Shown here one piece after another: positions 27,596 to 37,727 of a stretch of DNA of 64,000 nucleotides. The position numbers and the translations under genes are program-made. Numbering within the stretch: the stretch's first letter is position 1; every line of letters starts with the position of its first letter. The stretch is from positions 3,680 to 67,679 of the forward strand of contig CAIRYQ010000023.1 of the NCBI GenBank assembly GCA_903882875.1. The letters run 5' to 3'. A model generated the notes under the pieces. That model did no database searches and was not told where the DNA came from. It was given only the letters and a program-made list of their open reading frames with translations. The stretch comes from an uncultured Spartobacteria bacterium. GTDB taxonomy: Bacteria > Verrucomicrobiota > Verrucomicrobiia > Chthoniobacterales > Chthoniobacteraceae.

Positions 27596-27999
27596 AAGCA
27601 TTTTTTGCCATCCTCTTCGCCACCGCCCTGACCTGCGCCGTCACCGCGGCACCGGCGGCACCGAAAATCGTCTCTCCGGACGAGGCCGAGGTGCTCATCA
27701 AAGAAACTCCCGCGCTCGTCATCCTCGACGTGCGGACGCCGGACGAATTTGCCGGCGGACACATCCACGGCGCGAAGAACGTGGATTTTTTCGGCGATGA
27801 TTTTGAGAAGCAAATCGCCGCCCTCGATCCCGCGAAGCCGGTGCTCGTGCATTGCGCGGCGGGAGGCCGCAGCTCGCAGGCGGTGGAAAAGCTCGCGGCG
27901 CTGAAAAAGCCCCCGGTCATCTATCACCTCAAGGCCGGATTCAACGGCTGGAAGGCGGCAAAGAAACCCGTGGAAGGCAAACCGGCGGAGGGAAAATAG
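27592..27999 (+). CDS. Secreted single-domain rhodanese-like sulfurtransferase
   Basis: The GTG at 27592 (GTGA overlap with the preceding stop) gives signal-like VKAFFAILFATALTCAVTAAPA. Rhodanese core ILDVRTPDEFAGGHIHGAKNV...VLVHCAAGGRSSQA includes the active-site Cys loop. Confidence 0.75.
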   Translation: MKAFFAILFATALTCAVTAAPAAPKIVSPDEAEVLIKETPALVILDVRTPDEFAGGHIHGAKNVDFFGDDFEKQIAALDPAKPVLVHCAAGGRSSQAVEKLAALKKPPVIYHLKAGFNGWKAAKKPVEGKPAEGK

Positions 28000-28165
28000 C
28001 CGTCTTCTCCACTTCGTTTCGCGCATGAAACTGGCCTGCATCGCACGCACCGAACAGGCCATCAGTCGGCGCGGCAGGCCGGGTGGATGACCTCAGTTTT
28101 CGCGTTCGGGTTGTCGAAAGTTTCATGACTGTATGAATCGGGAAGAGCGTGGGTTTTCTTAAGCG

Positions 28166-29137
28166 TCACGCCACCGGGTGGAGGATGCGCAGCAGCAGCA
28201 CGGTGAGCGCCGCGAGCGCCGCGCCGCACGGGAGCGTGACCAGCCAGCAGAGGGCGATCTGGCCGACGGATTTCCAATGCGCCTTGCGCGTGACGGTGCC
28301 GATGCCGACGAGCGAGCCGACGCTGACGTGCGTGGTGCTCACGGGCAGCGAGTAGAATGTCGCGGCGTTGACGAGCAGCGCGGTGGCGACGTTTGCGGCG
28401 AAGCCTTCGCCGGGATTCATGCCGGTGATCTTTTTGCCGAGGGTCTCGGCGACGTTGCGCGCGTCGAGCAATCCGCCGATGGCCATCGTCACCGCGACGG
28501 CGAGGAAACCCCAGCGGATGTCGAGCGCGTGCGCGACCATGAGCAGCGCGGCCATCTTCGGCGTGTCATTCAGCCCGCGCGCAAAGCTCGCCGCGCCGCC
28601 GCTGAGGAAATGCAGCGTGTCGAGCGTGCGCGTGCGATGATCAGGAAGAAGGCGCGCGGCTTTCAGGATGAAATAGACGAGCGCACCCGCGGCGATGGCC
28701 AGCACCGGGCTGAGCAGCAGTGGATTCACGAATGTCTTGATGAGCGGCGTGAGATGCACCGTGTGATCGCCGCTCGCGAGTCCCGCGCCGACGAGCGCAC
28801 CCACGAGCGCGTGCGTGGTCGAGACGGGAAAGCTCAGCCGCGTGGCGAGAAAACTCGTGATCGCCGCGCCGAGCGCGACAGCGAGCAGGAAGTCCGACGA
28901 CTGCGTGAGCGCATCCGGCACGAGGCCCTTGCCGCTGAACGCCGCGAGCAACCCGCGCGCGGCGAAGAGCGCGGTGATGGCCCCGGCGAAAGTCGTCGCC
29001 GTTCCCCACCAAATCGTCGTGCGCAGGCTCGCGGTGCCGCTGCCGTAAATGGAGGCGACGCCCTTGAAGTTTGCGTTCGCGCCGTTCGTAAACGCGACGA
29101 AGCACGTCGCGATGAAGAGGAGGATGATGAGGATCAC
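28166..29137 (-). CDS. PiT-family (PHO4) inorganic anion transporter
   Basis: 323 aa, multi-TM. N-terminal FTNGANANFKGVASIYG and internal repeat ARGLNDTPK...VSTTHVSVGSLVGIG match PiT-family repeats. Confidence 0.85.
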   Translation of the reverse strand: MILIILLFIATCFVAFTNGANANFKGVASIYGSGTASLRTTIWWGTATTFAGAITALFAARGLLAAFSGKGLVPDALTQSSDFLLAVALGAAITSFLATRLSFPVSTTHALVGALVGAGLASGDHTVHLTPLIKTFVNPLLLSPVLAIAAGALVYFILKAARLLPDHRTRTLDTLHFLSGGAASFARGLNDTPKMAALLMVAHALDIRWGFLAVAVTMAIGGLLDARNVAETLGKKITGMNPGEGFAANVATALLVNAATFYSLPVSTTHVSVGSLVGIGTVTRKAHWKSVGQIALCWLVTLPCGAALAALTVLLLRILHPVA

Positions 29138-29229
29138 GGGGGCGGGAAGTTTTGTTGCAGGCAGTCAAAAGCACAACTGCGCCGCCACCCGAAGGCAGCG
29201 ACGCAGTCGTCCTTTCACACAACGGTGAG

Positions 29230-30171
29230 TTACTTTCCGGCTGGCTCGCCGCCGGTCTCGGCGGGCAGGGACTTGTCCTTGAGCCAGACGTATTCCTTCC
29301 ACGCGCCCTCGTAGAGGCGCACGTTCGGATAGTGGGCAACGTGCTTGAGATAGAAGCGCAGCAGGCTGCCTTCGCGCGACGTGGCGCAGTAGCAGATGAT
29401 GTTTTTGTCGGGCGTGATGCCGGCTTTTTCCAGCTCAGCCTTCGTCTCGGAGAACGGCTTGAACTTATGCGTGTTGTCCTTCTCCATCAGCCGCGCCCAG
29501 TGGAAGCTGATCGCGCCGGGGATGTGGCCCTTGCGCAGCCAGATTTCGTCCTGGCCCTGGAACTCGTTGATCGGGCGCGCATCAATCAGCAGGTTGCCCG
29601 GCTTGCCGACATGCTTCTGCACGTCGGTGACGTTTGCGGCGATTTCGGGGCTCGTCTTTTTCGGCAGATGGCCGGGAGGATTGCCGAAGTAATCCTGCGT
29701 CGGCGCGAAGCCCTGCTTCTTCCACTCGGGCAGGCCGCCGTCCACGATCTTCACGTCCTTGAAGCCGAATTTCTCCAGCACATGCACGACCATCGTGCTG
29801 CTGAGGATTTCGTCGTTCGGAAGCTCCGCTCCGGTGGCATAGACAAGAATCAGGCGATCCTTGTCCGCGCCCGCGCGGATGAGCAGCGCGCGCGTGAGAT
29901 CATCGGGAAGATACTGCACCGGCACGGCGTGGTCGGTGCCGCGCAGTGTGTCGAACTCGAGGTGATGCGCCGTGGGAAGATGGCCGCGGAAGTAGTCCTT
30001 GTAGCCGCCGCGCGTGTCGAGGACGATCGGGCGCTTCTTCGCGTCCGGGTCTTCGATGAGCTTCTTTGCATCGGCGGGCGAGATGACGCCGATGTCCGCT
30101 AGCACGGGCCGCGCGGAGACGGTGAGCAATGCGACGGACGCGAGGAGCGTGAGGATTGGTTTGAGTTTCAT
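29230..30171 (-). CDS. Secreted tandem-rhodanese sulfurtransferase (SseA/thiosulfate sulfurtransferase-like)
   Basis: The ATG at 30171 gives signal peptide MKLKPILTLLASVALLTVSARPVLA. Two rhodanese modules; the second carries an active-site Cys (IICYCATSREGS). Confidence 0.8.
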   Translation of the reverse strand: MKLKPILTLLASVALLTVSARPVLADIGVISPADAKKLIEDPDAKKRPIVLDTRGGYKDYFRGHLPTAHHLEFDTLRGTDHAVPVQYLPDDLTRALLIRAGADKDRLILVYATGAELPNDEILSSTMVVHVLEKFGFKDVKIVDGGLPEWKKQGFAPTQDYFGNPPGHLPKKTSPEIAANVTDVQKHVGKPGNLLIDARPINEFQGQDEIWLRKGHIPGAISFHWARLMEKDNTHKFKPFSETKAELEKAGITPDKNIICYCATSREGSLLRFYLKHVAHYPNVRLYEGAWKEYVWLKDKSLPAETGGEPAGK

Positions 30172-30209
30172 GGTGTGTGGGTTTTTCGGGGTTGGGATGA
30201 ATTGTGCGG

Positions 30210-30938
30210 TTAGAAGTGGATCACGAAATCTCCCTTGATCGTGAGGGATGCCTTGGTGCCGTCGGTGGGGAAATTGCCCCAGGTCTCGAAGACGAAATGC
30301 TTGCACACCGGCACCTTGACGCCGGCGGAGAGAAGCCACGTGTGGTTGAGCTGCTGGATTCCGTCCCCGCACAGCATGAAAAGATCGCGCTCCTTCACCG
30401 TGGTCTTCGGGCCGGATTTCCCGTCCGACTTCCCGTCTTGCGCAGGCACCGTGGATTTGATCTTGAACGTCCTGTCCAAGCCGAAGAACGGCAGCGGTTG
30501 GCTGAACTGCTCGGCGATTCCCGCGTGGACTCGGAACCACTTGAGATCCTGTGTCGCGACGAAATACGGGAACGGGTCGCCCGCACGGCGACGGTCGTGG
30601 TCTGAGAACGAAATGTTTGCCACGCCGGCCGCGATTGTGGGCAGGCCCGTTCCGAGCGGGACGGCGATTTTTGCCTGCGCCACCGCCGGGCCGCCGTTGC
30701 CGGGGCTGATGTGGCTGTCCACGCCGACTTCCAGTTTCAGAACCTTGAGGTCAAAGCCGGTCTTGAAGCCGAGGTTGAAGTCCTGCTTCTGGCCGTAACC
30801 GACGGTGGAATAGGTCTGGATCACGTAGTCGCCCTGCGAAGGCGTGTCCGCGGTGGGGATGTTGTTCAGGCCGGAGGGAGTGGCGTACGCCGCCGAGCCG
30901 GCTGCGAGGAGGATTGCGAGTGTGCGGTGGGGTTTCAT
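30210..30938 (-). CDS. Putative outer-membrane beta-barrel protein (hypothetical)
   Basis: Signal peptide MKPHRTLAILLAAGSAAYA, alternating beta-strand-like pattern, C-terminal Phe (VIHF). No family recognised. Confidence 0.5.
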   Translation of the reverse strand: MKPHRTLAILLAAGSAAYATPSGLNNIPTADTPSQGDYVIQTYSTVGYGQKQDFNLGFKTGFDLKVLKLEVGVDSHISPGNGGPAVAQAKIAVPLGTGLPTIAAGVANISFSDHDRRRAGDPFPYFVATQDLKWFRVHAGIAEQFSQPLPFFGLDRTFKIKSTVPAQDGKSDGKSGPKTTVKERDLFMLCGDGIQQLNHTWLLSAGVKVPVCKHFVFETWGNFPTDGTKASLTIKGDFVIHF

Positions 30939-31157
30939 TGGTGAGCGTGCGCGTATGCGCAGTCAGGCATTTACCGTCAAGCGGGTTCTGTATTAGCCGC
31001 AGTTTTTTCACCCGCTGTTCTCCGAGTGCGAGCGCGTCGGAGCGGACGGCTCCTCACAAGCGGCAGCATTCCAGAGCCAATTTGGGGCGTGTATATTCAT
31101 CCGGAACGCCTGTGAGATTTCTCTTCTTTGGAATCGCTCGCGGCAGGCCATGCACCA

Positions 31158-32939
31158 TCATTGTCTGCTGCGGGATGGCGTCGGGGATGCGGTTGCGCTT
31201 GGTCGTGCTTGGCCGTCCGTCTTGGGAGTTTGGGTGCGGACGAGCAGGGCCTTTTCCTCGGGCAGCATGGGCCAGCCAGCGGAGAGCCCGAGGTATTCTT
31301 CCGCCTTTTCCGATTGGCCGGCGGAGATGAGGAATATGGCATAGTAGAGCGCGACCTGCGGCTGGCGGAGATCCTCCGGCTTGAGCGCGGACATTACCCT
31401 GATGGCCTCCTCCGTCCTGCCTTGCTGGAAGAGGGAAAGCCCGTACGTCGAGGCGATCGTGGGGTTTTCCGGGTTTTCGCGATGGAGGTTCTCCACGAGG
31501 CGCTGAGGATCGCCCTCGTTGCTCCGGGTGAGCAGCGAGAGGAATGCGTAGTTGTTCCGCGAGGCGATGCCTTTCGGATCCATTTTCACAAGGGTGGCGC
31601 TGAGCTTTTGAAGTTGGGCGGTTTCGCCGCGCCGGTAGGCGGTCTGCCAGAGGGAATTCAGCACCCATTGCGGGCATCCCGGCAGCTTCGCGAGCGCCCA
31701 CAGGATCTCCCCTGCACGCGCCTCCCAATTCGCCTGAATGGCCATTCGCGCCAGCCGCTGCAAGGCATCGGGATGCCTGCCCGCCACGGTGACCGCCGCC
31801 TGCCATTCCGTTTCGGATTCCCCGGCTTCACCGGTGTGCTCCAGCGCACGGGCAAGCATGGCCCTGCGCAGGTACTCGGTGTCTCCCCAAGAGGAAAGCA
31901 TGACGATGTTTTCCAATTCTTTCCAAGCCCCGAGATGGAGATGTGCCTCCGCGACCGCGATGCAGACGGGTGGCTTGGCAATCAGATCTTCCGGCATCTG
32001 CTTCACCCATTCGGAGACCATCATGGAAAGGTCGTGGCCATTCATCCACGACAGCAGGGCGGAAAGATCCGCGGGGGCGGTCATCGTCGCATCCCGCAAA
32101 CCGAGGAGATACGGACCCGAACGCGCATCGTGAAGCAAGCGAAGTGAGGTGAGGCGTGAGAGCCTGTCGGCGAACTGCGAGCGTGCATCCGCGACGAGCG
32201 CATCCGCGGCCTCCATCGCCGCGGCCGTTTCGAGATGGCGGACGGCATCGGTGAGCAGAAGTCGCAGTGCTTCGACGCTGGTCGCCGGTTTGTCCCTCAG
32301 TTCCCGCAGCGCATTCAGCCCGGCCTCACGCACGCCGGGAGTCCGCGATTCGAGCCGCACGCTGGCGAGACTCAGTTGGTGCCGGCTCTCCTTTGGCTCC
32401 AGCCGGACTGCCTCCGCCCAGTGCGATTCCGCGGAAGCCATGTCGTGCTTTTCTGTCGCGATGGCCGCGGCTACGGAATGGAACGCCACGCTGTTCCTGT
32501 CCGCCGGATCCAGGCCCTTCACCAGTTCCTCCGCCGTCTCCACGGCGCCGGCTTTCAATGCGGCGCGTGCGCGCGCCAGCGCATTTTCCGCATCATCGGG
32601 CTGCAAGGCATCGAGCCGCGCACGCCATTGCCCCGCCTCGGGCGTGCCGGCGGTCTCCAGCGATTTCGCCATGATGCGCATGGCCCCGACATCAAGCGGG
32701 CTGTGCAGCAGCGCATTTTTCGCACTCAGAATCGCGTGCCGGAGATCGCCCTGCGCGAGGAACTCCGACGCCTGCCGGACATCGCGCTGCGTTCTCCACC
32801 GGTTGTAGCGGTTCTTTGCATGCGGCCATGCGAAGACGGCTGCCGCAAGCCCACCAATGAGAAGAGCCGAAAACCAAAACCAAAAGGCGCTTCGCTTCCG
32901 TGTTCGAGAAGATGGCATGGCGGTCAAAGCGCGATTCAA
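31158..32939 (-). CDS. Membrane-anchored TPR-repeat protein
   Basis: N-terminal TM segment ([20 protein letters not shown]) followed by Ala/Leu-rich helical repeats. ATGA overlap with the upstream pseudopilin gene. Confidence 0.7.
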   Translation of the reverse strand: MNRALTAMPSSRTRKRSAFWFWFSALLIGGLAAAVFAWPHAKNRYNRWRTQRDVRQASEFLAQGDLRHAILSAKNALLHSPLDVGAMRIMAKSLETAGTPEAGQWRARLDALQPDDAENALARARAALKAGAVETAEELVKGLDPADRNSVAFHSVAAAIATEKHDMASAESHWAEAVRLEPKESRHQLSLASVRLESRTPGVREAGLNALRELRDKPATSVEALRLLLTDAVRHLETAAAMEAADALVADARSQFADRLSRLTSLRLLHDARSGPYLLGLRDATMTAPADLSALLSWMNGHDLSMMVSEWVKQMPEDLIAKPPVCIAVAEAHLHLGAWKELENIVMLSSWGDTEYLRRAMLARALEHTGEAGESETEWQAAVTVAGRHPDALQRLARMAIQANWEARAGEILWALAKLPGCPQWVLNSLWQTAYRRGETAQLQKLSATLVKMDPKGIASRNNYAFLSLLTRSNEGDPQRLVENLHRENPENPTIASTYGLSLFQQGRTEEAIRVMSALKPEDLRQPQVALYYAIFLISAGQSEKAEEYLGLSAGWPMLPEEKALLVRTQTPKTDGQARPSATASPTPSRSRQ

Positions 32940-33721
32940 TATGCTGCGTCCGCCTTTTCAAAGACGCCGAGGATCGTGCTGAAGGCCGCATGGAGCTGGC
33001 TGTAATCCTGAAGATCCACGGTGAATCGCTTGTCGTCATTGCTGAAGGACGAGACGTGGCCAGTGCTGTAAAGGACGTTGACCCAGAGGCCGCCGTGGTT
33101 CGTCTTGTTGGACACACCGAAAGTCTTGAACGCGGGCATCGTCAGGAATTCGGAATCGAGCACCAGCGCACGGATGGGCACTCCGCTGCTGTTGTCACCA
33201 AGATTGGTGAGGCGGATGTTTTGCGGCTCGGGAGCCTGGCCGAATGGGTCGAAGAGATTCGTGTTGCCTGCGTGGCGGTAGTAGTAGCTCGACTGCGCCT
33301 GCGCTTTGCCGACCTTCGTGAGTTCGGCATCCATGTCCACGGACTGATCAGCACCGGGGCAGAAGAGCACCTGCGGAGTCTTGGCGAGGTATTGGCCGAG
33401 CAGGAGGCCGAGACCGACGGGGGCGCCGCTTTGCAGGGAGATGAGGCTGGTGGGCGCGCCGGTCGAGGGGTAAAGGTCGCCGGGATTGGTGAAAGGCGGC
33501 GCCTTGGGGCCGTAGGGGATCAGTCCGTCATTGTCCCCGGCATAGGCGAAGATGGCGGCACCGATCTGGCGAAGATTGGAAATGCAGGCTGTGCGCCGTG
33601 CAGAGGCGGTGCCTTGCCGAAGAGCTGTGAGGAGGAGTGCCGCGAGCACTGCGATGATGGCGATGACGACGAGCAGCTCGATGAGCGTGAACCCCCGTCG
33701 CCCCGTCGCCCGCCATTTCAT
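32936..33721 (-). CDS. Prepilin-type N-terminal cleavage/methylation domain protein (pseudopilin-like, H-X9-DG-type)
   Basis: [23 protein letters not shown] prepilin leader/methylation motif. C-terminal [16 protein letters not shown] resembles the H-X9-DG class common in PVC bacteria. Confidence 0.85.
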   Translation of the reverse strand: MKWRATGRRGFTLIELLVVIAIIAVLAALLLTALRQGTASARRTACISNLRQIGAAIFAYAGDNDGLIPYGPKAPPFTNPGDLYPSTGAPTSLISLQSGAPVGLGLLLGQYLAKTPQVLFCPGADQSVDMDAELTKVGKAQAQSSYYYRHAGNTNLFDPFGQAPEPQNIRLTNLGDNSSGVPIRALVLDSEFLTMPAFKTFGVSNKTNHGGLWVNVLYSTGHVSSFSNDDKRFTVDLQDYSQLHAAFSTILGVFEKADAAY

Positions 33722-34458
33722 GCGCGGCGAGATCGGCGGGCGAGCACGGCGAGCCCGCCGAAGGCGAGCAACACGGCCGAGGCCGGTTCAGGCACGGGCG
33801 TTGCCGTCAGCCGCACATTGTCCAGATCCCAGTAGCCGCCCTGATTGGCAGAGGTTGCCGTCGAGAGAAACTCGATGCCGATCGGCTGTCCCGCCCACGC
33901 GTCGGACGCCTGCACGGCGGGGATGTCCAGCGTGAAGTCGTAAACGTGCGTATGGTTCGGAAAATTCGTCGCGTTGTGTATGACGACCTGATCGCCGATG
34001 ACGACAGTTGTGGTCGGCGATGTCCGATAGTAAAGCTGGAGATCGATGGTGACGCCTGCCAGCATCCCTCCGCCCTGACCGACAAGGCCGAGCGTAAGAT
34101 GATAGGAATTGCCCACCTGATAGGTGCTGCTGAGTTCCTGGTAGATCCCCAATCCCGGAACCCCAAACATGAGCGCCGCCTGTGTGCCGTCGAGATTATC
34201 AATGTGATCCGGCGAGGACGGCGCAGTGTTGAGGAAGACGCCCGTGAGGACGGACCAAGGGTAGCCGCCATTCGATGCCGGGTCGTAAGACGCCGGCTGC
34301 GCAGTCTGTGTCCAGTTGGTGATGGACGACGTGACAAAGGTCGTCGTCGGATTCTCGAATGAAAAATTCGGGACAGTGACGGACTGGCCGTGCGCCTGCC
34401 CAGCAGTGCAGGCGGAGACAACCGCCACTGCAAGAGCCGCACTGCGAAAAATTTTCAT
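33718..34458 (-). CDS. PEP-CTERM sorting-domain secreted protein (paralog B)
   Basis: Signal peptide. C-terminal [25 protein letters not shown] is a PEP-CTERM anchor. The N-domain is homologous to the upstream paralog. Confidence 0.85.
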   Translation of the reverse strand: MKIFRSAALAVAVVSACTAGQAHGQSVTVPNFSFENPTTTFVTSSITNWTQTAQPASYDPASNGGYPWSVLTGVFLNTAPSSPDHIDNLDGTQAALMFGVPGLGIYQELSSTYQVGNSYHLTLGLVGQGGGMLAGVTIDLQLYYRTSPTTTVVIGDQVVIHNATNFPNHTHVYDFTLDIPAVQASDAWAGQPIGIEFLSTATSANQGGYWDLDNVRLTATPVPEPASAVLLAFGGLAVLARRSRRA

Positions 34459-35249
34459 TAGCGGCGATTCCGGCGGCGCAACTGCATTGCGATCCCACCA
34501 AAGACAAACAGCACTGCTGCGGAAGTGGGTTCTGGCACGGGTGCCAATTCCTCATCCAGCCGCACGTTGTCGACATCCCAGTAGCTGCCGGCGAGGGGAT
34601 AATCCGAGGTTGCCACAAGCTCGATGCCGATCTGCTGCCCGGCCCACGCGTCGCTCGCCTGCACCGTTGCGAGGTTGAGCGTGTAGTCGTAGGCTGTCGT
34701 GTGGTTGGGGAAATTGGTCGCGTTTTCCGTGACGGTCTGGCTGCCGATCACGGTCCGGTTTCCGCCGTTGTTGTAGTAGAGCTGGAGGGCCATGGTCGCA
34801 CCATCCGGCAGTCCCTGGCTATCCCCGATCACGCCCACGGTGAGGCTGTAGTTTTTGCCCGCCTGATAGGTGTTGCTGGTTTGCTGGTAGATTCCATCAC
34901 CGGGAACTGCAAAAAAGAACGCCGACTGGTTGCCGTCGAGGTTGGTGATGTAACCCGGCCCCGGATTGTTGGCGAAGATGCCCGTAGTAACTTGCCACGG
35001 ATAGCCGCCCGTGTACGCAGAATTAAAGTTATTCGGCTGATCTGTCTGCGTCCAGTTCGTGATGGCGTTCGAGACAAAGCCCGTCGTCGGATTCTCGAAG
35101 GAGTAGTTTGCGACGGTGAGCAGTCCGGCTTGCGCCTGCCCGGCGATGCACATGCAGGCGGCCGCCACGGGGAGCGCCACAGAGCGGAAAATGCCCCGCG
35201 CAAAGCGGGACTGGGAGACGGGGGACGAGTGGTTGGGATGGATTTTCAT
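34458..35249 (-). CDS. PEP-CTERM sorting-domain secreted protein (paralog A)
   Basis: C-terminal VPEPTSAAVLFVFGGIAMQLRRRNRR. Shares blocks with paralog B ([41 protein letters not shown]). TAATG overlap with paralog B. Confidence 0.85.
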   Translation of the reverse strand: MKIHPNHSSPVSQSRFARGIFRSVALPVAAACMCIAGQAQAGLLTVANYSFENPTTGFVSNAITNWTQTDQPNNFNSAYTGGYPWQVTTGIFANNPGPGYITNLDGNQSAFFFAVPGDGIYQQTSNTYQAGKNYSLTVGVIGDSQGLPDGATMALQLYYNNGGNRTVIGSQTVTENATNFPNHTTAYDYTLNLATVQASDAWAGQQIGIELVATSDYPLAGSYWDVDNVRLDEELAPVPEPTSAAVLFVFGGIAMQLRRRNRR

Positions 35250-35349
35250 GTGATGAGTGGTGTGTGGCGTGTGCTAATATGCGCAACAAGGCATATTCAC
35301 CGTCAAGTAAAGATTGCCTTAGAGCGAAAAATTCCGCATCCATCGCGTC

Positions 35350-35655
35350 ATGCCTTCCGGTGATTGCACGAGCATCCTCAAAGCCCTCTCCGACCGCACG
35401 CGTATGCGGCTGGTGAAGCGGTTGCTCGCTGGGGATCACGGCGTGAACGATCTCTCCGAGCAGCTCGACCTTTCGCAATACAACGTGTCGAAGCACCTGC
35501 GCGTGCTCAAGCACGCGGGCATCGTGGATGTGCGCGCCGTCGCCCAGCGCCGCGAATATTTCATCGCGAAGCCATTCCGGAAGCGGCTGCAAAAGGAGGG
35601 CTCGGTGCTCGACTTCGGCTGCTGCTCGTTCGACTTCTCGAAGCTGCCGGATTGA
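35350..35655 (+). CDS. ArsR/SmtB-family transcriptional regulator
   Basis: 101 aa. ILKALSDRTRMRLVKRLL...VNDLSEQLDLSQYNVSKHLRVLKHAGIV is a winged HTH of the ArsR family. Divergent from the PEP-CTERM operon. Confidence 0.85.
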   Translation: MPSGDCTSILKALSDRTRMRLVKRLLAGDHGVNDLSEQLDLSQYNVSKHLRVLKHAGIVDVRAVAQRREYFIAKPFRKRLQKEGSVLDFGCCSFDFSKLPD

Positions 35656-35676
35656 GCGCACCCTGTGGGACGCGCG

Positions 35677-36177
35677 CTATTTTTTCTCCGCGGCGGCCGG
35701 CTTGTCCTTTGTGATGATGCCGCTCATCAGGCCGCCGTGATCGCCGCCGCTCCATGTGCCTGCATACGTGCCCTCGTGGATGAGCACGCGCGCCGAGTAT
35801 GCGGCTCCGCCGTAGCCGGGGCCGGGAATGGTCATCTTGTCCACGGTGATCACCGCGGTGTCGCCCGCCCATTTCACCTTCACCGGAATCGGCGCGACGA
35901 TTTCCAACTGCTTGTAGCGCATCCGCGCATTGATGGTCCACATGTCGCCGCTCACCTTCTCGACGCTGACGATCGTGTATTTGTCCTCCTTCTCCGCACC
36001 GAGCACGCCGTCCTTGAGCGGGCACCAGCGGCCCGACATCGTCACCGCAGTCATCGCCTCCTTGAATTTCGCCTCCAGATCCTCCGGCTTCGCCTTCGTG
36101 TCCTCTGCGTGAATGGATGCCGTGAGCAAAAAGCCCGCGGTGGCGGCGATGGAGAAAAGATTCGTTTTCATGGGCAA
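35677..36177 (-). CDS. Secreted hypothetical protein
   Basis: Signal peptide (MPMKTNLFSIAATAGFLLTASIHA) and normal coding composition. No family recognised. Confidence 0.55.
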   Translation of the reverse strand: MPMKTNLFSIAATAGFLLTASIHAEDTKAKPEDLEAKFKEAMTAVTMSGRWCPLKDGVLGAEKEDKYTIVSVEKVSGDMWTINARMRYKQLEIVAPIPVKVKWAGDTAVITVDKMTIPGPGYGGAAYSARVLIHEGTYAGTWSGGDHGGLMSGIITKDKPAAAEKK

Positions 36178-36210
36178 GGGGAGTGTGGACGGGGCAAGAA
36201 CGGCACGCGC

Positions 36211-36924
36211 CTAGCACTCGCCGCCGACCTTGCCAAGCGCCATCACGATCCGCCACTCGCCGGGCGCGAGATTTTCCAACGTGAAATCGCCGAAACGGCT
36301 CCGGTGCAGCCGCACGACCGGGCAGCCTTGGCTCGCGAACATGCGCTTCACCTGATGGTAGCGGCCCTCGATGATTTCCAGCCGCGCCTCGCGTGCGCTC
36401 AAAATCTCGACGCGCGCGGGCAGGCACGGCTTGTCCTCACCTTCGAGTAGCAGCGTGCCGCTGGCAAAAATCTCCGCGAGATTCGCCGGCAGATTTTCGG
36501 CGACCGTCACCTCGTAAATTTTCGCGACTTTGTGCTTCGGCGAAGTCCAGCGGTGGACGAGGTCGCCGTCGTCCGTCACGAGCAGCACGCCCGTCACGTC
36601 CTTGTCGAGCCGGCCGATGCTCGTCACCGGCGGATTGCGCGCGAGCCAGCGCGGCGGGAGCAGATCGTAAATGGTCGGGCCTTCCGCCGAGTCGTGCGAG
36701 CACACGTAGCCCGCGGGTTTGTGCAGCAGCGCGAGGATGCCGTGCGGATGCTCCACCGGCTCGCCGTCCACGAGCACGTTGCCCGGCGCGGCCTTGTCCG
36801 AATGCGATTTTGCAGGTGCCGCACCGACACGCACGCGGCCCGCCTTGATCCACGCGCGCGCCTCGCTGCGCGTGCAGTAGCCAAAGCGCGAGAGCAGCGC
36901 GTCGAGACGGATCGGCGCACTCAC
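36211..36924 (-). CDS. rsuA: Pseudouridine synthase, RsuA/RluB family (S4 domain + catalytic domain)
   Basis: The GTG at 36924 starts VSAPIRLDALLSRFGYCTRSEARAWIKAGRV (S4 domain). GRLDKDVTGVLLVTDDG catalytic Asp motif and EGRYHQVKRM motif. Confidence 0.85.
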   Translation of the reverse strand: MSAPIRLDALLSRFGYCTRSEARAWIKAGRVRVGAAPAKSHSDKAAPGNVLVDGEPVEHPHGILALLHKPAGYVCSHDSAEGPTIYDLLPPRWLARNPPVTSIGRLDKDVTGVLLVTDDGDLVHRWTSPKHKVAKIYEVTVAENLPANLAEIFASGTLLLEGEDKPCLPARVEILSAREARLEIIEGRYHQVKRMFASQGCPVVRLHRSRFGDFTLENLAPGEWRIVMALGKVGGEC

Positions 36925-37580
36925 ACGCGCTCTTTGAACGGCTCGAAGCCGAGCTCGAAAAAGTTCACCGAGTTCTCCATCACATGCACGAGCGAGCCGA
37001 TGAAGGTCTCCCATTCCTGGTCGTTCACGAACTGCGTGTCCCACGCGACAAAGACGCAGTTCGGCGCGGCGTTCGACACTTCGATGAGCACGCGGATGTC
37101 CTTTTCCCAGTCGGGAATTTTCACGTAGCCGAGCGCGCACGGCTTGTGGACGAGCGCATTGTGCGAGAACTGATCGAGCCACTTGTCACGCTCCTCGGGC
37201 GTGTCGAACTTCGCGTGAACGTGCGTCGAGAGATGCGTCACGGTTTTCTTGTCGAACTTCATCAGGTTGAAAAATCGCGTGAGCGTCTGCGCGATGATCG
37301 TCCAGTCGCCCGCCGTGCGAGCGTTGCGCACGCCGAGCTTCACGCGGTCGGCGGTGCGGTTCAGCGAGCCGTTGTCGCCGAAGAAGACGGCCTTCAGCTC
37401 GTAGTCAAAAAGGTCGTCCACTTTCCGCAGGTGGATTTGATCAGGGCGCAGTCCGAGTCCCGTCTGCGGGTCGCAGACCTTCGCGGCAAAATCATCCAGC
37501 TTCGCGCTGCCGTAGCCGAGCGGCGCGGGGAACGGCACATCAACGGCGACGCCAAAAATTTCAATCGGGAGTACTTCCAT
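36921..37580 (-). CDS. Hypothetical protein (219 aa), translationally coupled to rsuA
   Basis: Normal coding composition. Its stop overlaps the rsuA GTG start (GTGA). No family recognised with confidence. Confidence 0.6.
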   Translation of the reverse strand: MEVLPIEIFGVAVDVPFPAPLGYGSAKLDDFAAKVCDPQTGLGLRPDQIHLRKVDDLFDYELKAVFFGDNGSLNRTADRVKLGVRNARTAGDWTIIAQTLTRFFNLMKFDKKTVTHLSTHVHAKFDTPEERDKWLDQFSHNALVHKPCALGYVKIPDWEKDIRVLIEVSNAAPNCVFVAWDTQFVNDQEWETFIGSLVHVMENSVNFFELGFEPFKERV

Positions 37581-37727
37581 GGGGCGCGGAGCCTAGCGGG
37601 AAAGGCGCGGATGCAAATCCTGTTTTTGCGCGCCGGCAGTCCCGCATTGACGGCCACAATTCCCGAGTCGCCCCGCGCAATCCCCGCGCTTCCCATCACG
37701 CCTGCGCTCGCGCATGTTGCGGGCGCG

